This document shows positions 13,250-27,098 of a stretch of 64,000 nucleotides of DNA, one piece after another. The DNA is from Kudoa neothunni (taxonomy: Eukaryota; Animalia; Cnidaria). Below the pieces are notes generated by a model. It did not search any database and was not told the DNA's origin. It saw only the letters and a list, made by a program, of their open reading frames with translations. Location of the stretch: NCBI GenBank assembly GCA_964304625.1, contig OZ199838.1, positions 6,559,731 to 6,623,730 on the forward strand. Reading direction: 5' to 3'. Each line of letters starts with the position of its first letter. Position 1 is the stretch's first letter. A program made the position numbers and the translations under genes.

Positions 13250-16200
13250 TTGATCACATATGCGTCAAGGGTATGCGCCATTATATATCCTAAAAAGTAT
13301 CCTCCAATGATGTTTTTTAAAGATGACTTCGGTCTCCAACAATTGTGCGTAAATAATATATGCAAAAATGTGACCGATATTTGCATTGATGATGATCAAA
13401 AACTCTTCTTGGATAAAATGTTGGCCGAGCATCTTTTCGAGAGATTGTCCATTGAACAAAGTAACTTAAAATGGGCTTAAGCTATTTTGTCACAGTTTGG
13501 CCAACTCACTGCTTCATATAAACGTGCGTATAAACAACGGAGAAATAGATATATTACGAGACTTTTTTCCTGAATGCCCCTATTGTAAACCTTAAGGAAG
13601 TTTGTTTTAAATTTGAAAAACGTCGACTTCGAGGACCTTGATATTAACCCACAAATTTGTTGAGATACTTGAGACAATAGCTCAATGTGATAAAGTAAAT
13701 GTGGGAAAATTAGGATTTGAGGCTCACAACAAATCCAACAGACTATTGATAGAAAATATGTTTGCTAATTTCTACCTAAAATGGCCAAAAAAAAAAGTTG
13801 AAACTTGAAGATTTTTCCTTTTCTTACACTCCTAGTGCATCTGAACAACCAAATGATGTAGTAAATATTTGAATAAATTTTTCGTTGAAGAAAACTAATA
13901 AGCTTTTTTGTCGATATAATTCCTCAATTAATTTAACGAAATTTTTTTATAATGATGGCTATTTTGGTTTAGCTAGAGGACAGAAATGAAATATTTGGAA
14001 TTATTCCTTTGATTTTGGATAATAAACTTCAAACACTAAGAATATCTGTACATTCTCCTGATTATAAATTTCCTCTGTGTTATCTTCCAAAATTTTTCCA
14101 ATTCAATCAATTATCCAAACTCATGCTTCATGGAGTTTATGAGAGTGGATATGAGACTTTTGATGTGAATCATTTTGTTACAATATTGGAAGAATTTCCA
14201 AATTTGAAGTGAATAATTTCCAGTTCACACCCACAATCATATTAATGATCGCTGTAATAGAGAATTGGATATTTCAGTTGATGGTTGTTCTATTGGCTCG
14301 ACCCCTCAAACCCAACAACAAAAATTAATTATCGATCTAAGTCTTGATAACTTGCTAAATTACATACTTGAAAATAAAGATCGACTCAAATTGGAAGTCT
14401 TAGATATTAGCGGCCACAACGACGTGAATAGCATAATTTTTCGGAGACTTTTAGAAACAGAAACTAGTTTGAAAGTGGTCAGATTCTTATGCACAGACCA
14501 ATTCTATAGGGGGGAGAATCACGAATCAAATCGTTGTCGAGGTATTCTTTTCGTTGCTATTGCAACAATAGGAATTAATGCCAATTTTTATCGTGCCAAA
14601 CATCAAACAGTTCTGGGAAGAATATAATGTGGAAAATTACCCCAAATATCTCAAGAACTATTCACATTGTGATCGAATGATCTGTGATATTCTAAATCGG
14701 ACCTATAATTTTAATCATTCGGATGATGATGATTATTTGAATGAGGTTTTTAAAGTAATATGATCTTATGGAGTTGATATGGGATCCAATCTATTTGAAG
14801 ATGTCATGCTGGGTTTTTGACAACTTTTCCTACAATAATCAAGTTCAAAAGTTAGTAAGGTATCTTCCACAAATGTAACGGCTTGTTTATAATTATTTTT
14901 AGCAAATATTTGCTAGAAATATTTGAAGCTTATCAATGCTGTTTGGGGGATCTACCGTTATTTAAGTGATTCCCAAATTTTCTTTTCATTGTTTTTGATT
15001 ATTGTATATAGTAAATTGCACAAATTCTCGTCAAGATTTTACAGACTTTTCCTTTCAACAGCTCGGTATGAAATTTAGACTTATTTTTTGGTGTGTCTGG
15101 TTTCTATATCAACGGAAAACATTACTATTTACGCATTAATATTAAATATGAGTTAAGCGGTGACATTATTTTTAAAATAGATATTATAAGTCGTAAATAA
15201 TACGTAGAATTGTTGCCGAATTGATGTGTAATTACATTTTGGTAGAGCTGTACGTTTGAGAAGAATAGTTTTTCTAAAAAATGTTATTTTTAAGTCGAGA
15301 GTTATTTTTTGGGTTAATTTATCAACATTAAGGGTAAAGTATTGCTATAAAGCTATAGTTTAAATACTAGGTTTTAATAAGGTGCTTTTCTTCGTTACTA
15401 TTAAAATTTAATGAAAAAATCACCATTATAATGCAGTATATATAAATTATATTAATCGAAAATATTTTCGCGCAATTTTTCTTGGCTATTTATTTGTATG
15501 TAAAAAACTTAGAGCGACTGTTTTTATCTCTGGTTATTTTTGATAAAAATGTGTTTTCATCAAATATAGTTTTGAAATGAAGATTATTAATTTCTAAAAA
15601 TAATAATCAATCTATACAGCTCTGTCAAAATCGAAGTTTATGACCGACATTATTTGTATAATTTGTTACTTTGATCTCTTATTTTTTGATATCTCTAATG
15701 AGAAAACATATTGACATAGTTATTCAAATAGTTTAGAATTAACAAAATTCATTTGTTCAGTATAAACTTTAAATTAATCTTTTCCCAACTGCATAATTTT
15801 TGTTTTATAATATAAAATTTAACTCAGTACTAGAATGAATATCGCTGCTATAACATCCTTATGTCGAAAAGAGTCAACCATGTTTTGAGGTAATTTATTA
15901 CCGCGTTTCTCTGAATTTAAGACTGGTTTTACATTCTGTTTGGTTTAATAATGGGCGTTAGGTCTTAGTTTAGGGATAAGTCTTATAAATAGGAAAACAG
16001 GGTAATAAATTTTTGATAAAAACAAAGATTAAATTATAAAAAGTAAAAAGTGAAAACTGATGTCAACATCATGATGTCTACATAGTTCTTTGGTTAATAA
16101 TATATTCCTTGAAAACTCCAATAACATGATAATTTCGTTCTTTTGAAATAATAATGATTTTTAATTTGTTTTTGAAAAATAGTTAAATCACTGAATTTTG

Positions 16201-19200
16201 ATTTTTTTTAATAATTTGATTCTACATTTTTTATAGGTTGTTACATTAACCGTCCCAGCGCCCGAAAATTGACTTTACACATTCCTTCTTTTGGAATCCA
16301 ATGGATCCCGAATTTTTTAACTTGAATTATGCGAAAAAATGTAATAAGTAATCTACTAAGATATGAGAGAAAACTATCGATAAAATATTGAAAAATGTCA
16401 CAATTATAACTCCCTCCGGTTGTTAACAGATCATTACCGACAATCAAAAAATTGAATTATGCATCTAATTTAACAAGTTTTATTTTATCTTGTAATTTAA
16501 TGGATTTTAATAAAAAAATTATATTATTCCACATTAACGAAGTCTTAAAAATTGTTTGTTTTATAAATAATTTATTAGTAATCACGCCCAATAAAACTTG
16601 CAATACACATTGTTTCAAAATTAATGAAATGCAAGCTATTTATATTTTTTAATTTTACAACATATCACGAAAACAACTTTGAATTGCTTTTATTACAGTT
16701 GGTTCTACAAACAGAAAAATTCCTCGTTTCCTGTCTCGGGATCTTGAGCAATAACAGCATCACTTCATGACAAGGAAATTCGAGTGTTTATAATTTAGAT
16801 TTGAGAATTAACAAATAGATAAAGATTCCAATGTAAGCCAATAACTGTGGGCTTTCCATATCTTCAAATAATGCTGATAATTATAATTGTCAAACTTGCT
16901 GGTATTTGAAATAACAGCTGAGAAAAAGACTCGCCATAAAATATGAGGAATGCATCAGCTAAAGAGTTTATTCTTTTTTAAGCGTAGGAATATGAACCTT
17001 GATGTTTTGAAAAATATTTGTTAGAGCTTTTAGTTACGTGAAGTTCCTCAGAAAACAAATTAACACCATCCTTATATTCGTATATATTTCTATATCATTT
17101 ATTATCTTCAAGAGCATTAGAATGATATTAATGACCAAAATATCGAAACTTATCATAAAGTTATTATATGTCGTATTCAATTTCACTCAAAATATTACAG
17201 TAAGAACCCACTTATGACAACATTTCACTCATCGGCAATTATCGGTAATTGACGTACACATAGTTTTTTTAAATTATCTCTGCTTCCTCTCGATAAAATT
17301 TTATTTAACTCTCAAAATTATTTTACATTATTTTTCTTTGTTGCTTTGTAGAGAAAAACGAGGGGTCCATAGGACGCAAAAAGAAGGAATGTGTACGTAT
17401 TTTGATTATTTAGTGACCTGAATGTAAAAATTAAAATATTCTGTGATATTTTAATAGAACTCATATTTATAGGAGGATATATGCGATCTTATATTCACTG
17501 ATATAATATAAGCTTCTCCAAAATTGATTCAAACATCCATTAAGGTCCAATGGACCCCAAAAGACGCCCGGAAGGTTAAATAACTATTCAAACCAAATTT
17601 TAAAGTTGAATACTTATAATTATTTTATAATAAAAAGTTTCCATTATTTTTCAGATTCTTTATTGGTTAAATTTTATAAACTATTTTTTCGGTGTCGGAA
17701 AAATTTATTATCCATTATTGTATTAAAATAAAAATATTCAATTAAAAATAAACATCTGTAACATACTATATTTATTACAGGTGCCTTTGAGAGCTGCATT
17801 GTATTTATTTCCTCGTTTTCCTAAAATTTTAGAAGAACAAAAGAGTATGAAATAGAAACCTCAAGTTTTATTAAAATTTGATGTTAATTTAAATTATAAT
17901 CCAATTGATCATAATTATATCTTATTATAACCATATCCTCTTTAGCACAATTAGAAGTATTAACTCTTTTTCAATTTAGATACAAGATCTTGGAATAAAA
18001 ATTTTGGAACTGGAATATTTCGACTATACGAAAGTAATTATTTGGACGTATCTATTATTCTAAACCAATTAAATTCTATTCATGCCTTCAACTACAGTTT
18101 TATGTATTATGGATAACCTACATACCAATTGAAAACATAAATAGTTGTATTCATTAAAAACGAGTACGCGCATGCACCATCGAAATTCTGAATGATGTAA
18201 TTTCGGACTAATAGTTGCAACCTTACTTTTAAAGTACAGTAGTCCGTTAATCTACGTTATATAACTCGAATTGGAGAATAGTTACTACCAGGCCCATTTA
18301 ACAGGTACGAACATGTGCGTGAATAATAATACCTTTTAATCCTCCCGGAACTATGGGGGGTATTTCGTGACCTTAAAATCGATACGTCAATTTTCTAACG
18401 ATCGTACACATAAAAACCCCTCAAAAGGTGTATATTTTTCTAAAAATTTTCAAAATTCCTTATTTGAAATATTCAACAATTTTATTTTACTCCCATAATA
18501 ATCTAAACTTTTATAATTTATGTATTAACTTCTCTTAAAACCATTGTAAGAATTTATAATGACAATATTGATAATGATAAATCGATTACAATAAAAAGAA
18601 AACTTTATGCTAAGGGCAAATTATTATAAACTAATGAAGAATTTTCAAATGGCAGAAGATATTTTCATAGTAAAGTTTAAACCTTATTGGCGCGTGTACT
18701 TACGCTTTGACAATTTTTACTCTATCAACTCTTACCCACGAGCTTTATAGAGTTTTAATTTTTTAGAATCTGATATATTTAATTATTTGTGCCCCCTAAG
18801 TACGAAGCGGTGGGATAGAAACAATGAAATATAGTCAAAACTAGTGACACCTGAATATTGATTACCATGAAAATATCCATTTTATATATTAAACTACATC
18901 TTTAAAAGATAAACGAGGCATAACAGAATGAGATTGATAATAATCTTATAAATAGTTGTTAAATGCTTATTTCTACAAAAATTTTAAGAATTTCTGCAAC
19001 ATCCTAAACGAGTTTAACCCCCTAACGATTTTTGGGGTGTATTACACCCCAAACAATATTGAATTAGCTATAACTTTTTTTCTTGCTATTTTCACACACT
19101 AAAACTCTAGGTATTCTTGTAGAATAATTTTAAATTTCATTTTTGTAATTTATGGGAAAAAATATATTATATAAGTATATTGCAAAAATTATAATTTCTA

Positions 19201-22200
19201 ACGATTTTTAGGATATAATACACCCCAGATTTTTTCAAGTATTGAAAGCTTCATTACATTTTCTCTGTTTTGAAAAAGTTTAAGAGAATTTTATCGATTA
19301 GATTTTTATTAATTTGATGTCTAAAGTTCGCAACTTTAGTTTGCACATGCTCCACATTAACGATGACCAGGACTGACAGCGGCGTTAAAAAAAAACCCAA
19401 GGTCGAGAAAAACACTAGTTTAAAGTACAACAAAAAAATAGATCCGCATTCATTAACGTTTTTAACCTTCTTCTGATTCAATAGTTACGTCTTCAGACAT
19501 TAAATTTAAATTTATCGTCGTATGATTGCAACATTTTGGCAAGAACACTCATTCATACTTAATGTCTAGTGTAGATCGATACACTCACAATTTGTTACTT
19601 TCGCAGTTCAAAATATATTTTGAAATAACGTTTAAATTTTATAATAATGTTTGACAATGTTTTACTGAGTAATTATGTAATCATGTCATGTTAAACAATC
19701 TGATGTGTTGTCGCTCAACATCGCAAATATTTAAGTCCTGCGTGGCAGTGGTTCCCGCACACCCCCAAAGGTGTGAACTATGGAATTTGGAGCACGAGAT
19801 TCGATTACAACAGAAAATAGTTTTTGAGAAATTTTGAGTTAGTTACACCTTATCGTATGCTTGCGAGTCCAATCTTAGTTGGGAAGCGCTGCTGCATGAT
19901 ATAATCTGAATAGGATACATCATTACAAATATAAATATCAATGTCGTACATCAAAAATTTAATCGTTCTTTAATGTTTTCAGGTTTTCAATAAATACTCA
20001 AGATTTTGTATAAATGAAAAAAGTCCCCAAGAGTCCAAGATGACCATAAAAAGCCAAGCCCTTATGATGACGAACATATCTGAAGCCTACAATAGTGGAA
20101 AACCAATCATCTGGTAAAGAATTGGATGATTATTTTAAGATCTGAAAATTCGGATAAATCTTTCGAATCCCGTGTCATTGGCGGATTATTGAATAGTAAG
20201 AATCGCATTGTGTGGAATCTAAAATAAGCCCTCTGCATCGAGAATTTCGATTGAAAATATTGTGAACGGTCGCTCAGGACCAGCGGCTTACTGTAATCAA
20301 ATGGTTTAAATTTATTTCTGATTGTTTTTTTTCCTTTGGCCAAGATATTTGTCGTGAAATAATACAGTATTCCAATTTATTTGGAAAACACAGTATAAGG
20401 AACATTCGCCAAAATATTTTGTAATTGTTAGAGAAGTCATTGTAATTATAAAAGCTGCTCTTATTGAGAAAATAGTATTTATTTGTGTCACTTAATGTTA
20501 TTTTTTCTTGCTCTATAGAGTCCGACGCTATTAACATCTCATCTATCGGATTTAGGGATATTGTTTAGTATAATTATTGCCGCTTTGTTATAAAAATAGT
20601 CGATATAAACTGTTGCAATTTTACCAATTAATCTATAATTATTTTATAAATAAATATGACCGAAAAAAGAGTGGGATGTATTATACCCCAGAATCGTTGG
20701 ATGGTGTACGCTTTTCGCAACATTAGAAGGTTAATATCCCTGAAAAGATAAATCCTTAGACATCCTAAATTTATAACGAATCACATTATTCCAAAAATTC
20801 ATGTATCCAATTTTGGTTTCACCTAATTTATCCTAGTTTATATCCTCTGCTCCATTGTATATTCTGCATACGTACTTAGGGGCAGAGACAGACTAACTAA
20901 CGATTATGTATATGTATATATTAGATTATTTATTTCTGTATAGTCTAAAAACCTTTAATTTTCAGGATTATTTAAGGAACCGATATATGATATGACCCAG
21001 TTCATTTTTTTGTAATATCCAGATATCGCTATTATGTCTTAGGAAAGGTGTAGCTCCTTACTTCATCTTTGGATTAGAATTAGACATAATTTGAAACGTT
21101 TGTGATATTTACTGGGTTAATTATTAAGAGAATTTAATTTTTAATCCAGTGGTAATGCAACCTCTTTGACAAAAAAGTCGTACTTGTGCGTACATTTTAT
21201 TGTAGTAAATGGAAAGATTTTTACTTGTATTAAGAGTTTTGTCATTATATGTAGTGAGAATAATCAATTTCAAATATGAACTCATTTGAGACTTGTGTAC
21301 TCTTTTTTAAACACATCCAAAATATTGACATTAAAAAATCTTAACGAATAATCTAAAGATAAGTTTTATTATATAAATAATATATATTTTGCGATTTATG
21401 AGTAAGTAAAAATTCTATTCTAGTAATTTACCTAATTTTTTGTATTTATTTAATGTGTTTACGATATTAAATATTAATAAGAATAAATTGATAATATTAA
21501 GAATTTGCCTAAAATAATATTACACGTTTATCATCAAGTTATCGTTGATGTGGAAATTTACATCATGTGATTCCTATTCTTTAAGAAATAATCAGGCTGT
21601 AATTTCATGACTCTATGTAATAGTTATTTTCTTATAAAATTAATTTTCTAAAATATGTCTAAAACGGCTTTTAGGTTTTTAATGCCATGAAATTTTTATG
21701 ATATATGAATGTTATTTTTCGCTGAATTATCCTTGAATTAGAAATTATTAGTCGATGACCAATTTTTTTATTCTTTTATAAGTCGTGTTTACCACCGATG
21801 AGAACACATTTCGTGTTTTCATTCTGATTATTTTGTTTTTTACTATGTATTATTTTTATGGTGCAAGAATAATTAATTTCTTTTAATATTATTATTAATA
21901 TTATTTAAACTTGCAACATTTATGTGATTGAAGTGTCTGGTGTATAATAAATGCTTTAAGTTAAATAAAACAAATATTTCTTATTTAAATGTTAAAAACA
22001 TGTTATAAACGCAAACCAACTCTTAAGTGTATTAAATGTTAAACTGAGTAACATTAGAAACCGCCTAATGTTGTTATAAAATAATTTTGACGATTCCAAA
22101 TTTTTGGCTTGTTGCATTATAATGCAAAAAGATATTTAACTGAAAAATACTATTTAAAAATATTGTTTATTTATTTCATTAATATGTAGTCACAGTGAAA

Positions 22201-23625
22201 ATAGAATTACGAGATTGGTTTCTGTTTTGTGCCTTATTTTTATAAACGATTTCTACTAGCACATTGATATTGCTTCCGTCATCGAGGTTGTATTTAATTA
22301 CATACGAAATCATATTTGCACTGCAGAAGATACGTTGATGTTTTATGCTTTCTCTTGTCTCAATCAATTGTTCAAGCGTGTAACTATTTGTCATATTTAA
22401 TTAAAAGGCACATTTATCTTTTAGCTACGTTGCGACAGTCCCTCTTATATATTCTCCCCTAAGAACATGGCGGTATTTTATTGTCTAATGGCCCTCTAAA
22501 TATTTTCCCCAGTTGATTATGCTATTTTTAGGCAATTATAAACTATATCAAAATGAAGTGTTCACATAATGAAGTTGATTTTCAAATTTTTTTCAAAATA
22601 TTTAACAATCATTACACTTTAGGTGACTAAATCAATTAAAATGGCTATCCTATCACTTTGGAATATTACAGGTGCATATTTGATCATTTGCATTCATACG
22701 AATAAGCCAATATTTAATAGACAAGTCCACTAAAGCATGTGAAAATTTTGTCGCGTTGGAAGGAATTGAAGTTATTTTTCGGTTTGCTCAAGTAAATATA
22801 ATATTGAATTTTCAATTTCACGAGTAAATACTATTCCAATACCTATATAGAAATTCAGGGGCACACAACTGTGGTTCAAAGATGTGGGTATTCTGGTATG
22901 TCGAAAATTTCGAAGTGATAATTAAAAATAATGCTTATTTTTGTTGTTGATTAGAGTAACATCGCTGAAGTACCTCATCTCAGAAAACATCTGCTCTCGG
23001 ATGATATTATTGAATGGATTATGTATTAATCTCTTCATTCTACACACCATCACTACAATTGTTTGATTTTTCTCCTCGTTGATAGTGACATCCTTAAAAT
23101 TAGAAAAATCAACAAATCTTTTTTTGCGGGTGCAGCCTTAGTTCATTTGGCCATCGAATGGAAAACTGTTGTCAAGTCCCCCGCTTTCAAATGTGACTTG
23201 CAAACCACATTGCGAATAGTGGTATGATTCTTTATTGTAATCACATGCAGTCAAAGTTGCATTTCGTGATAAAGGAGGAGTGTCTAGATGAGTGGTCCAA
23301 ATTAGAAGACGATGCTAATATTTGTTACATGAACTTCGATTCAATGATGCCACTATTGGAAGAAACTAAACAGCCTATTGTCCAGTATTGGGGAATTTTC
23401 ACCATCAAACACCTGTGTACACAATGTCGTAATTAAAATGCATTTTACAATTTTTGAAGTTTTGTAGCCGATAAATATTTTACATTTTTATGCAACACTC
23501 AACTGCAACATCGCATAAATGATATACGTCAAAGACATCCAAAAGAAAATGTTCGACTGATAGCGTCAGATATTATACATTTTTTCAATACTGAAGGATT
23601 TTATGAAGAATCTAAAAAATTATGA
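13250..23625 (+). CDS. ZER1/ZYG11-family CUL2 substrate receptor (LRR + ARM); 5' exons frameshifted, start approximate
   Basis: 3' exons splice to AILSLWNITDKSTKACENFVALEG...RCVGILSNIAEVPHLR...YMNFDSMMPLL...VQYWGIFTIKHLC...DKY, matching ZER1 WNITDETP..C / LGNVAEV / YRSF...QHWA. 5' part has LQQLCVNNICKN and LEVLDISG; small candidate exons near 17654, 17780, 17980, 20966 and 21080. Confidence 0.8.
16250..17575 (-). mobile_element. Non-autonomous 1.3-kb piggyBac deletion derivative, family A copy 1 (in a ZER1-like intron)
   Basis: TTAA at 16246-16249 and 17576-17579; ends CCGTCCCAGCG / CCTTCCGGGCG; GGTCCAATGGACC palindrome; aligns end to end, inverted, with 36032-37351. Confidence 0.88.
18688..20886. 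repeat. Dispersed repeat module split by piggyBac element 3
   Basis: 18688-19017 plus 20735-20830 are similar to 54770-55190 (e.g. ATAGTCAAAACTAGTGACAC in both) and partly to 51187-51290; inverted repeat GCCCC(C)TAAGTACG at about 18791 and 20872-20883. Confidence 0.65.
19018..20730 (+). mobile_element. piggyBac element 3, degenerate
   Basis: TTAA at 19014-19017 and 20731-20734; ends CCCCCTAACG / CCTTCTAATG; palindrome GGGGTGTATTACACCCC at 19034 with variants at 19211 and 20673; transposase remnant ...GQDICREIIQYSNLFGK at about 20320-20400. Confidence 0.85.
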
Positions 23626-24477
23626 TTTTCTATTTTGTTTAATAATTTATTATTGTGTTCAAGATGGATTTTCCTTGCGTCTGATTTCTTAATCCTATTT
23701 CCTCAAGTTTATTTACTCTTTTAAAACAATATAGAAAATTTAATCTCCATAAAAGAAACTTAAAAGTCACGGTCACTGGAATCGAAAAAATAAAAAAAAT
23801 TTTGATAAACTTAGTCTGTTAATAATAAATATATTCATATCGTTATTTATTATAAATTTTTTAATTTAACTAAGAGATTCCATTATAATGTTTTCGTTAA
23901 AAAATAATTTAATAATTCTTAGTTTACATAATATTTTCGCTGATTTCTTAATTTTATATCAAAATTTATTATTTTTATTATTGACTTTAGACCATTTAAG
24001 TTGTTGACAACGGAATATAACAAGTATTGAAAAATTCTAGGGTTTAATGAGATAACTAATATTTAGGATGGAGAATTATTAACAGCTATAAAATTTAGAC
24101 ACAAGATTAAAATTTTTGTTGACAGATAAATAAAATCTCATAATTTGTCTAAATAATAGTGGTTGCAATAGTTTATTCTCTTTTCTATTATTTTCAAACT
24201 AGTAAAGACAAAATTTCGATGTTCTTATTTCGGGGTAGTGCAATACTCACCCTAACAAACTCGTACTTGCGCGCGCAGAACAATAAAAGGCATGATACCA
24301 TATTTAACTGAACTTTAAAATTCAAATTATTTTGATGATGACTTATCAGAATGGCAGTGTTTATTTTTCCGGACGCATTTTTTGTCCTAAAATAATAATT
24401 CAATCGTTATCATTTTGTCCAAAAATACCTTTTAAAAATGCAGAATACAAATTTAGCTTCATTTATTTTTTAGTTAA

Positions 24478-27098
24478 CCCTTTCACGTTCTATTTTTTGT
24501 TTTTCTTCAAAAAAGTATATTGTTAATGGGATATTTATTAGTAGAAATATAACATTTTAATTTGAAAAAATAATTTTATCGTGCCGATTTTTTTAATTTT
24601 GTTCAGGTACATTTAAATGCACACTGGGACCAAACGGTAAAAAGAGCTGAAGATAAATAAAAGTTTTAAAATGACTATTTTTACATTAAATCCAATAAAT
24701 AATTACTTTAAATTTCTTAATTCATGAAAAAAATGTTTACAAATAACCCTGAAACAGCATGTCTTCCGTGGACCATTTCCAAATTTGTTTCCTTTTTCTT
24801 AGTAATAATATATTAATAGATCTATACTGTCAACATATTGCAATTTTTTATCATAAATTTATTTTTTAACACGTATTGGTTCGACTGATTTAATTTCACT
24901 AAGATTAAAAGACAAAATAATGTAATAATTTGAAAGAAAAAAAGCATAATATAATGAAACATACAGATTGATTCAATCTAATTAATTTAGTCCTTGATGA
25001 AATTCGTGAAACAATTCCTTTCTTTAATCAGACAACAGCTCGCTTTGCACTTAAGGCATTTGATTCGATGACTTTTTGGCAAAGTTTGCATCTATTGCGT
25101 GTGGACGTGACTTCGTGGAAATGCCCAACGTTGTCGAATCGGATATTGTCAGGAAGAGAAGAAGACATAATTTTCCGGCTTATTGAATTTTCCGATTCAT
25201 TTTCTACTGATAATGATGGTCTTCCGCGCTTTAACTTTACGTTTGTTTCCTTTTTAAGAAATATTAAGGACTCACATACTGAATACATGGAATTCAATAA
25301 ATCTAATATTTCGCTCTCTTTTATTTTTCTTGCTTTACTATTCCTCTTGTATAATAGCCAAGAGTTCACCATATCTGTATTTATTCCCCAATAAAATGTC
25401 CTCATGTAATACTCCCTACACTTATGGCTCAGAAGATACAGAGATGATAACATATCTGGTGTATCCATTCCGCCCATATTTTTATTGTAATCAGATACAA
25501 CATGGTGATATTTAATTTGAATCATTTTTTTCTTCTTACGATCGAATCGTTTAATTTTTGAAATCGCCCCATATATCAGATATGTCATGATAGGGTAACA
25601 ACTGATCCATCATACCATTGAGTTAAAAAAATTCCGTCATTTGAATTTTTAATACATTCATATGTTCCGCGGCCTTTTTGTTTAACTCCTTTTCATTTGA
25701 AAACGGGCATCCTTCAAGTCGGTTGGATGTAATGGTGCCAGTTGAATGAATCGTTTTTTCTTTTAGAATAATTTGCATTGGTAAATTGGTAAACCAATTA
25801 TCAAAATAAGCGAAGTACGCAAAATTACTAGGAAGCGTTTCACATAATTTGATAACATAATCACCGGAAGAGAGACCACAACTTCTTGACACTTTAACGG
25901 GTGTTCCATCATAAAGAAGGAAATCGTATACTATCCCAGAAAACTCCACATCTAGTTAACGTTTTAAACCCCCACTTGGTAGGTTTTCTAGGCATATATT
26001 GTTTAGAACAGCATCTACCTTTAAATGGTATCATCTGCTCATCTACAGATAATTTCCTTTCGGGTTGAATCATTAAGCAATTTGATCTTAAGTGGTCCAT
26101 AAACGATCTTATTTTCGAAAACCCATCAAAATCGGGATCGGATTGTTGAGTGGACTATTTCGTAATTGTTTTTGAAATGAAGAAATTTTGAAATCAACTT
26201 AAATCTATGGCGTGTGAAGACGTTAGCAATAGGCTCAAATTTAAAACAATTTTGCCAATAACAAACGATATCTAGACATTCTTACTATTTCCATTAAGAT
26301 GAGGACTCCAATATACTTTTCTATTTCTTCATCATCATCAGATTTGAAACATGAATTAGACTTTCTGGAATAAAGGTTTATTTGTTTAACCATCAAACTA
26401 TGAGGGAATTATTGATAAACTGGTTGAAGTAATCGATAGGTTTAAAAATTCCATTTATTTCTTCAAAATAGCACCCTGAAATCTCAAAATGAACAATTTC
26501 ATCTAAAGTTGGTTTCTCTATATTCCAATTAAGTTTAAAGTTTGATTTATATTTTTCTTCGTCGGTAGCTTCATTATGATTTTCAGATTCGTCATCGCAT
26601 TTCTCAAAAGCATCGATATTTTCGTTTTCTGAACATACCTAGGATTCTGAAATATCAACGTCAGGCAGAATACCTATTTCTTGTTCAATTTCACCACTCT
26701 GCAGATATGTCAAAAATATCGCAATCCATACATACAGCACGTGTATGTCACAAGATCCCAGTGTGCATTTGAATGCACAAGCTCTAATATTCAAATAACT
26801 ATTTATTCTTAAAAAAATTTTCCATGCTACTCACATATTATTTTTTAAAATAATTTTGACATTTAACATTGATCAATTTTATGTGCGTAATCATTCACGT
26901 TTGGAGCATGCTTAATATGTAGATGAAAAACTTAATATTTTCTTAAATCTTCAAGGAAAATTATTCATATTTTTAAATAGATAAGACAATTAAATATTTC
27001 TTATGACACATCAAATGTGCTGCATGAAACAGTAGTTAAGTGTATTAAAGATTGTGTTTCTCTTATGTGCATTCAAATGCACACTGGACGCAAAAGGG
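24478..27098 (-). mobile_element. piggyBac element 4 (same subfamily as element 1)
   Basis: TTAA at 24474-24477 and 27099-27102; ends CCCTTTCACGT / CCCTTTTGCGT; palindrome GTGCATTYRAATGCAC at 26763 and 27067, variant at 24607. Confidence 0.92.
24987..26729 (-). pseudogene. Disrupted piggyBac transposase of element 4
   Basis: SVDEQMIPFKGR, QYMPRKPTKWGFK, YFDNWFT, YNKNMGGMD, KRGRPS and IRFDNVGH in broken ORFs; start approximate. Confidence 0.9.

Noticed and set aside
15200-15660. Inverted repeat TTTTGGTAGAGCTGTA / TACAGCTCTGTCAAAA, possible old MITE
   Set aside because: Termini and TSD could not be defined; too degraded to call.
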